Assembly: GCA_965223325.1 (NCBI GenBank) | Contig: CBDCWI010000002.1 | Location: forward strand, 192,001 to 256,000 | Length of the DNA: 64,000 nt | DNA from: Candidatus Multivoradales bacterium | Lineage (GTDB): Bacteria > Acidobacteriota > Thermoanaerobaculia > Multivoradales > Multivoraceae | Reading direction: 5' to 3' | Notes under the pieces: model-generated | What the model was told of the DNA's origin: nothing | The model's database searches: none | Seen by the model: the letters and a program-made list of their open reading frames with translations, nothing else | Program-made: the position numbers and the translations under genes | In this document: positions 57,683 through 64,000 of the stretch, one piece after another | Numbering within the stretch: position 1 is the stretch's first letter | Layout of the letters: each line of letters begins with the position of its first letter

Positions 57683-59956
57683 GTGTTCGAATCTCTGTTC
57701 AAGTACCGCGCGGCGCTGTTCTCGGAAGGTGAGTTTGCCTTTCGCGCTCCGAACTGGCAGATCACAGCGGTGGTCGCGGTCTTGCTCGTCCTACTGGTGT
57801 TGGTTTGGCGCTTCCGGCCGCGGGGGGGCGAAGCGCGCCCCTTGGACACGTTGGCACTCGTGGCGCTGCGCTGGGCTGCCATAGCCCTCCTGGCCTTCTG
57901 CCTTCTCCAGCCGTCGCTGGTTCTCGAGTCGGTGGTTCCCCAGGAGAGCTTCGTTGGTCTGGTCGTTGATGATTCCAAGAGCATGCGCATCGCCGATGGC
58001 GACAACACCCGTGCCGACGAGGTCAGCACCCTGTTGTCGCCCGGCTCTCCTTTCGCCGATGAGTTGAGCAAGCGCTTCAAGGTACGCAGCTGGGCCTTCT
58101 CCGAGGAAGTTCGGCGCATTGAGCGTCCCGACGAGCTGCGTTTCGCCGGCGGCGAGACCGAGATCGGTGCGGCGCTCGAACGCGCTGCCGGGGAGCTCGA
58201 CGGCACGGCGCTCGCCGGCCTGGTGTTGCTTTCCGATGGTGCAGACTCGAGTGACAGCGGTCTTTCGGAAACGCTCCTGTCGCTGCGCTCGCGCGGCATC
58301 CCGGTGCACACCGTGGGCTTTGGCCGTGAACGCTTCGATGCCGACATCGAAGTCACCCGGGTGGTGGCCCCGCGCCGGGTCCTGCGAGGTTCTTCGCTGA
58401 TGGTCGAGGTCTCGCTCGCCCAGCGCGGCTACGCCGGCGAAACGGTGCGTCTCGAGGTCGAAGACGAGGGCCGCATCGTGTCGGTCGAAGACGTGACCTT
58501 CCCGACCGATGGTGAAGCCGTGACCGCGCGTGTCGACTTCACGGTCGAAGATGAAGGGGTGCGTTCCTTCCGCTTCCGGGTGCCTCCCCGCGATCGCGAG
58601 GCTGTCAGTGGCAACAACGAGCAGTACGCCCTGATCGAGGTGCTCGACCGCAAGGAGAAGATTCTCTACTTCGAGGGCGAGCCGCGCTTCGAGCTCAAGT
58701 TCCTGCGGCGCGCCGTCGAAGACGACGAGAACCTGCAGCTGGTATGCCTTCAGCGCACCGCCGAGAACAAGTTCCTACGCCTCGATATCGACTCCCCAGA
58801 CGAGCTCGCCGGCGGCTTCCCGGTGACTCGCGAGGAGTTGTTTGCCTACCGCGGGCTCATCCTCGGCAGTGTCGAGGCGAGCTTCTTCACCTATGACCAG
58901 CTGCGCATGATCCACGACTTCGTCAGTCAGCGCGGTGGCGGCCTCTTGATGCTCGGTGGACGCCGATCGTTCTCCGAAGGTGGCTATGTGGGTACGCCGA
59001 TTGCCGATGTGCTACCGGTCGAACTCGCCCCTGCACCGGCCCCGGGCACGCCGCCGAGTTTCGCCAGTCTCGACGTTGCACTCACCTCGGCGGGTCGTGA
59101 ACACCCGGCTCTGCGGCTGGCAAGCGACGACGACGCCTCGGCCGGGCGCTGGGCGGAGCTGCCGGCGCTGTCGACCTTCAACCCGATTTCGCGAGTCAAG
59201 GCCGGGGCGACGACTCTCCTCGAAGGCAGCTCGGAAGCGCTCTCTTTCCAACAGGTTGTGCTCGCTCAGCAACGCTTCGGGCGCGGTCGCGCACTCGCCT
59301 TCACGCCGCACGATTCGTGGATGTGGCAGATGCACAGCACCGTTCCCCTCGAGGACCTCACCCACGAGACCCTTTGGCGTCAGCTGATGCGGTGGCTGGT
59401 GAGCTACGTCCCCGACCCGGTGACCGTCTCGACCGACAAGGATCGCGTTGCACCGGGTCGCGCGGTCGAGGTTCGCGCTCGGGTGCGCGATCTCCAGTTC
59501 CTCGAGGTCAACGGAGCCCGCGTCTCGGGCACCGTGCGTGCGCCCTCGGGCGAGGAGTCACCGATTACCCTCGAGTGGGCGGTCGAAGAAGATGGTCTGT
59601 TTCGCGCTCCGTTCACCCCAACAGAGCTCGGTCTCTACCGAGTCGAGCTGAGCGCTCTGTCTGATGGCGAGACGTTGGGGAACGGCCACGTGGTGTTCGA
59701 GACCGCCGAGTTGCCCGACGAGTTCTTCGGCGCCGAGCAGCAGAGTGCGCTCCTGACCCGGATCGCGGAAGAGACCGGCGGTAGCGCCTACGCCCCCGAG
59801 CGCGTCACCGATCTGGTCGAAGACCTGAGCTACGGCCGCGGTGGCAGCACGGTCGAGGAGTATCGCGATCTCTGGGATATGCCGATCCTCTTTCTCTTGC
59901 TTGCCGGGCTCCTGTGTGGCGAGTGGCTGTGGCGGCAGCAGAGGCGCTTGGCATGA
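57683..59956 (+). CDS. Membrane protein with vWA, Ig-like and GATase1-like domains
   Basis: N-terminal transmembrane helices, MIDAS DDSKSM..T..LSDG, EGEPRFE.KFLRR, GGGLLMLGG and C-terminal helix LWD.P...EW..R. Confidence 0.85.
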   Translation: MFESLFKYRAALFSEGEFAFRAPNWQITAVVAVLLVLLVLVWRFRPRGGEARPLDTLALVALRWAAIALLAFCLLQPSLVLESVVPQESFVGLVVDDSKSMRIADGDNTRADEVSTLLSPGSPFADELSKRFKVRSWAFSEEVRRIERPDELRFAGGETEIGAALERAAGELDGTALAGLVLLSDGADSSDSGLSETLLSLRSRGIPVHTVGFGRERFDADIEVTRVVAPRRVLRGSSLMVEVSLAQRGYAGETVRLEVEDEGRIVSVEDVTFPTDGEAVTARVDFTVEDEGVRSFRFRVPPRDREAVSGNNEQYALIEVLDRKEKILYFEGEPRFELKFLRRAVEDDENLQLVCLQRTAENKFLRLDIDSPDELAGGFPVTREELFAYRGLILGSVEASFFTYDQLRMIHDFVSQRGGGLLMLGGRRSFSEGGYVGTPIADVLPVELAPAPAPGTPPSFASLDVALTSAGREHPALRLASDDDASAGRWAELPALSTFNPISRVKAGATTLLEGSSEALSFQQVVLAQQRFGRGRALAFTPHDSWMWQMHSTVPLEDLTHETLWRQLMRWLVSYVPDPVTVSTDKDRVAPGRAVEVRARVRDLQFLEVNGARVSGTVRAPSGEESPITLEWAVEEDGLFRAPFTPTELGLYRVELSALSDGETLGNGHVVFETAELPDEFFGAEQQSALLTRIAEETGGSAYAPERVTDLVEDLSYGRGGSTVEEYRDLWDMPILFLLLAGLLCGEWLWRQQRRLA

Positions 59957-61053
59957 TCGTTCTTCGCTGGCACGTGGTGTCTTGCCTGGCCCTCGGGTCG
60001 TTGCTGTTCTTGGGGAATGCCGAGGCCCAGGAGACCCGTCTGTTGATTGTCTCGGGTCTCGGCGGAGATCCCGAGTACGAAGAGTCTTTCCTCAGTTGGA
60101 GTCAACGCCTCCATGACGCCGCTCGCGATGGTGGCCTCGGCGACGATCAAGTCACGGTCCTGGCGGAGAATCCGGAGCTCGATCCCGAACGTCTCGACGG
60201 GCGCTCCGACAAAGAGAAGGTGCTCTCTGCCCTCGGTGACCTTGCCGAAGCCACCGCTGAGAACGACCAGCTGTGGGTGGTGCTGATCGGGCACGGCAGC
60301 AACAGTGGCGGCCGGCCGCGGCTCAATCTGCCGGGCCCCGACCTGACCGCGGCCGATTTCGGCGCCGCGCTGACCGGTATCGCAGGTCGCGTGGCCTTCA
60401 TCAACACCGCCAGTACCAGCGGCGAGTTCCTGCAGCTTCTGTCGGGAGAAAAGCGCGCGGTGGTCACGGCAACCAAATCGGGCGCACAGCGCAACGAGAC
60501 GCACTTCGGCGATCACTTCACCGCCGCCTTCGTCGACGCGCGTGCCGACCTCGACAAGGACCTGCGCGTCTCGCTCTACGAAGCCTTCGAGTACGCGCGT
60601 CAGGAAGTTGCGCGCCACTATGAGAGCGAAGGTCTTCTGGCGACCGAGAATGCGCAGCTCGACGACAACGCCGATCGCGTCGGTTCTCTCGAGCCCGACC
60701 CGCGCTCGGAGGACGAGACGATCGACGGGCGGCTCGCCGCCCGCCTCTTCCTGACCCGTTCCGTCGCCGCCCGTGCCGCCTCGAGCGATCCCGAAGTCGC
60801 TCGGTTGCTGGCCGAGAAGGAGCGGCTCGAGGAACAGGTCGACTCCCTCAGGCGCCGGAAAGATGAACTCTCCGAAGACGAGTACCTCGATGCACTCGAG
60901 AATCTGGTCCTGGAGCTGGCGGCCGTCGAAGGCGAGCTCGAGGAGCACGGCGCAGGCGAAGCCCAGGAGGGATCACCCGAGGAAGGGCCATCCGAGGCCG
61001 GGCCGGGAGTCTCGACTGAGGCCGAGAACGCTCGCGGTGAGGGTCACCGATGA
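59953..61053 (+). CDS. Secreted caspase/legumain-fold-like protein with a C-terminal coiled coil
   Basis: Signal peptide, LIVSGLGG, VLIGHGS, INTASTSGEF, VTAT and an EF-hand-like DLDKDLRVSLYE. Confidence 0.65.
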   Translation: MIVLRWHVVSCLALGSLLFLGNAEAQETRLLIVSGLGGDPEYEESFLSWSQRLHDAARDGGLGDDQVTVLAENPELDPERLDGRSDKEKVLSALGDLAEATAENDQLWVVLIGHGSNSGGRPRLNLPGPDLTAADFGAALTGIAGRVAFINTASTSGEFLQLLSGEKRAVVTATKSGAQRNETHFGDHFTAAFVDARADLDKDLRVSLYEAFEYARQEVARHYESEGLLATENAQLDDNADRVGSLEPDPRSEDETIDGRLAARLFLTRSVAARAASSDPEVARLLAEKERLEEQVDSLRRRKDELSEDEYLDALENLVLELAAVEGELEEHGAGEAQEGSPEEGPSEAGPGVSTEAENARGEGHR

Positions 61054-63758
61054 GAGTCGGGTCACCGCGTCGCGCGCTCCTCTTCGGCTCGCTGAGTGTC
61101 GCTCTCCTGGCGTTCAACTGCCTGGGCTGTGCGGTCACCGCGCAAGAAGAGACCGCTCAGGACACTGCCGATGCTGCCAACCTCGACCCGCTCGATCTGC
61201 TGCGCACCGGGCGCTACGACGATCTGATCGCACGGGTTGAGAGAGAGACCGGCGAGGAGAGAACGTCGCGCTCGATTCGGGCGCTGGCGGACGCCTATGC
61301 CGCCCGCGGTCGCTACGACGACGAGATCGCGCTGCTCGAAGCCGCCCACGCCCGTGATCCGGAGCTCGGGACCAGGCTGGGCCAGGCGCTCCTGCACAAG
61401 GGCTCGCGTGCCCGCGCCCAGGAACTGTTCGAGAACGCCGTGGCGAGCGGTCAGAGAGACGCGCTCACCGCGCGCTATGCCCTGGGCACCCTTGTCCGTG
61501 ACCGTGGCGACATCGACGGCGCCGACCAGCATTGGTACGCCCTGATCGACGCCTACAATGCCCGCGCGCGCCTCAGCGCCCGCGAACTGGTCGCCGTGGG
61601 GAGGGCTGTAGAGGCTCTGGGCCGGAATGACCCGCAGCTCTTCAAAGACGCGGTCAAGGCCTACGACGAGGCCATCGACAGCGACCCGGCAGATCTGGTT
61701 CCACGCGTCGCGCTCGGCGAGCTGTTCGTCGAGAAGTACGACAGCACCCAGGCACGTGACGCTCTCCGAGACGTGCTGCAGGTGGCGCCGAATCACCCCG
61801 ACGCCAACCTCGCGATGGCGCGAGCGCTGCACTTCGACGGTTCGCCCGAGGCTCTCGTCCTGGTGGAGAAGGTGCTCGAGGTCAACCCCAACCACACTGC
61901 GGCGCGGGTCTTCATGTCGCTCCTGCGCGTCGAGCTCGAGCAGTTCGACAAGGCGCTTCTGGAGGCGCGCGCGGCACTCAAGGTGGACCCTGGTTCGCTG
62001 CCGGCAATGACCGCCCTGGCGGCGGTGCTGTGGAAACGCGACGAGATCGAGGACTTCGAGAAAGAGCGCGACCGCATTCTGGCGATCGATCCCCATCACG
62101 CGCCGCTTTTTACGCGCCTGGCAGAGGTTGCCGAGCGCACCGCCAACTATCGTGCGGCGCGGGACTGGGCAGCCGAAGGCACGAAGCTCGACGCCAAGTC
62201 CTGGAAGGCCCATCACCAGCTGGGTATGAACCAGCTCCGCCTCGGCGAGATCGAGATGGGGACCGCGAGCCTCGAACGAGCCTTTGCCGGTGACCCCTAC
62301 AACGTGTGGGTCAAGAACACCCTCGACCTGATCGACACCTTCGACCAGTACGAGTCGAGAAGTGATGGGCGCTTCGAGATCTTCGCCCATCAACGCGAGG
62401 CCGACCTCCTCGAGCCCTACTATCGGCAACTGGCAGAAGAGGCCTGGGCGTCGATGGTCGAGCGCTACGGTTACGAACCACCCTCGCCGATTCGAATCGA
62501 GATCTATCCCAGCCACGCCGACTTTTCGGTCCGCACGGTGGGACTCGCAGGGTTGGGCGCTCTCGGGGTGTGCTTTGGACCGGTGCTGGCGGTCGATTCG
62601 CCGTCGGCTCGTAGCCCCGGAGAAGCCAACTGGGGCTCGACCCTCTGGCACGAGCTGTCGCACACCTTCACCCTCGAGATGACACGCAGTCGGGTGCCCC
62701 GCTGGCTGACCGAGGGCACAGCGGTGTGGGAGGAGCGCAACGCGCGCCAGGGCTGGGGCGATGACGTCCAACCGCAGTTTCTCGAAGCCCTGGCGGAAGG
62801 CAAGCTGCTCGGCATGGCAGAGATCAACAACGGTTTCGTGCGGCCCGAGTTTCCGACTCAGATCGTGCTCTCGTACTTGCAGGGCTCATTGGTCGTCGAA
62901 CGCATCGTCGATCTCTATGGGTTTCCCAAGCTCGTCGAGATGTTGCACGCCTATCGCGACGGCGGCGAAACCGCCGAGGTCTTCGAAACCGTTCTCGGGC
63001 TCGACCTCGAGACCTTTGATGAGCAGTTCTTCGGCTGGCTCGAGAAGCGCTACGCCAAGGGCTTGGCAGCGCTTGCAGAGAAGGACGGCGATGAGCCTCC
63101 TCGAGCGACGTCACCCGAAGAGGCTGCCCTGATGATGGAGAAGCGGGCGGCCGAGAACCCCGATGACTGGAGAGCCCAGATGGCTTGGGGGAGCTGGTTG
63201 GTTGCCAACCAGCGCCGCGAGGAGGCGATCTCGTTTCTCGAACGCGCCCGCGATCTCTTCCCCGAGTACGCCACCGAGGGCAGTGCCTACCGCATCCTGG
63301 CGACCACCTACCGCACCCTGGGGAACACCGACGCCGCCATCGAAGCGCTCGAAGCGGTCGTCGCGGTCGACGAAACCAGCTACGTCTCCCATCTCGAGCT
63401 CGCCGAGCTGTATGAGAGCGTCGGTCGTCTCGAGGATGCGGCGCGGGTGCTCGAACGCACCGTCTACGCTTACCCGATGGAGAGGGAGCTGCACGAGCGC
63501 CGCGCCGCCCTGGCGGAACAGTCCGGCGATGCGGAGATCCTTGTCGGTGCTCGCCTGGCCCTCTTCGGGCTCGCGCCACCCGATCGGGCCGGGGCCCTCT
63601 ATGAGCTCGCACTGGCCCAGCGCGATGCCAACCAACTGCGCGATGCACGTCGTTCCGTCCTGCGGGCGCTCGAGATCGCACCGGGGTTTGCCAAGGCCCA
63701 GAAGCTCCTGGTCGAGCTGCGCGCTCTCAGCGCCGCCGAGAAGGTAGGCTCGCCATGA
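61050..63758 (+). CDS. TPR-repeat protein with a central gluzincin (peptidase MA-like) domain
   Basis: Multiple TPR-like helices flanking HELSH and PRWLTEG; N-terminal signal. Confidence 0.85.
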   Translation: MRVGSPRRALLFGSLSVALLAFNCLGCAVTAQEETAQDTADAANLDPLDLLRTGRYDDLIARVERETGEERTSRSIRALADAYAARGRYDDEIALLEAAHARDPELGTRLGQALLHKGSRARAQELFENAVASGQRDALTARYALGTLVRDRGDIDGADQHWYALIDAYNARARLSARELVAVGRAVEALGRNDPQLFKDAVKAYDEAIDSDPADLVPRVALGELFVEKYDSTQARDALRDVLQVAPNHPDANLAMARALHFDGSPEALVLVEKVLEVNPNHTAARVFMSLLRVELEQFDKALLEARAALKVDPGSLPAMTALAAVLWKRDEIEDFEKERDRILAIDPHHAPLFTRLAEVAERTANYRAARDWAAEGTKLDAKSWKAHHQLGMNQLRLGEIEMGTASLERAFAGDPYNVWVKNTLDLIDTFDQYESRSDGRFEIFAHQREADLLEPYYRQLAEEAWASMVERYGYEPPSPIRIEIYPSHADFSVRTVGLAGLGALGVCFGPVLAVDSPSARSPGEANWGSTLWHELSHTFTLEMTRSRVPRWLTEGTAVWEERNARQGWGDDVQPQFLEALAEGKLLGMAEINNGFVRPEFPTQIVLSYLQGSLVVERIVDLYGFPKLVEMLHAYRDGGETAEVFETVLGLDLETFDEQFFGWLEKRYAKGLAALAEKDGDEPPRATSPEEAALMMEKRAAENPDDWRAQMAWGSWLVANQRREEAISFLERARDLFPEYATEGSAYRILATTYRTLGNTDAAIEALEAVVAVDETSYVSHLELAELYESVGRLEDAARVLERTVYAYPMERELHERRAALAEQSGDAEILVGARLALFGLAPPDRAGALYELALAQRDANQLRDARRSVLRALEIAPGFAKAQKLLVELRALSAAEKVGSP

Positions 63759-64000
63759 AGTGGACGACGGCGTTTACGCGGGCGCTCGTCCTAGTGGCGG
63801 GAGCGAGCGCTGTCCTGGCGATCGGTTGGGCCGTCCAGGCGGCAGATGACTGGCCCAAGCCGCCTCCGGTCGAGACCGAGAGTTATCCCTATGATGGTGA
63901 GTTCACCCTGGCACGCATCCGTTTCGACCCGACCCAGTGGGGCGGTGGGCCGTTTACCTGGAATCTCGATCTCAAGTGGAATCACGACTATCCACAGGCC
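63755..64000 (+). CDS. DUF4159 domain protein (copy 3), 3'-truncated by the window edge
   Basis: Absent from the supplied ORF track because it has no stop. ATGA overlap at 63755 gives MKWTTAFTRALVLVAGASAVLAIGWAVQAADDW...YDGEFTLARIRF...WNHDYPQA. Confidence 0.8.
   Translation, partial: MKWTTAFTRALVLVAGASAVLAIGWAVQAADDWPKPPPVETESYPYDGEFTLARIRFDPTQWGGGPFTWNLDLKWNHDYPQA

Noticed and set aside
59830-63681. Long minus-strand ORFs (59830-60948, 61062-62771, 62824-63681)
   Set aside because: They are antisense to well-supported, translationally coupled plus-strand genes and show no recognisable motifs.

Overview
A high-GC bacterial chromosomal window, most likely from an Acidobacteriota genome of class Thermoanaerobaculia. 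That taxon is inferred from the lineage-typical C-terminal domain at 17828-18190, the DUF4159 locus and the gene order. I found no rRNA, tRNA or CRISPR array. Contents from left to right: (1) an lptA/C-lptB-rpoN-ptsN-hprK-rapZ-EIIA-ptsH-ptsI operon; (2) a stand-alone HUH/Y1 (RAYT-like) transposase whose ribosome-binding site (RBS) lies inside an inverted repeat; (3) an orphan EhpF/GriC-like adenylating enzyme and a GriD/LuxC-like reductase, followed by ppc; (4) a secreted esterase, a GNAT plus NSAR/OSBS pair, a small lipoprotein and an enoyl-CoA hydratase; (5) a ~15 kb xanthomonadin/aryl-polyene-like type II PKS cluster (22003-36846) with a Hyg5/XanB2-type chorismatase, AMP-ligase, ACP, KS/CLF, KR, DH, GT2, LpxL-like acyltransferase, MMPL, deacetylase, methyltransferase and flavin-dependent halogenase; (6) NAD salvage and housekeeping genes (nadE, hisS, aspS, aroB, ftsY, ribD, ribE, ltaE) plus an HD-GYP protein and an orphan roadblock protein; (7) an uncharacterised envelope locus with three DUF4159 paralogues, a vWA/GATase-like protein, a caspase-fold Cys-to-Ser protein and a TPR-gluzincin, running off the right edge. 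The best candidates for undescribed biology are the halogenated aryl-polyene-type cluster, the orphan two-component carboxylate reductase and the DUF4159 locus. All family calls come from motif recognition by eye; no database search was run.
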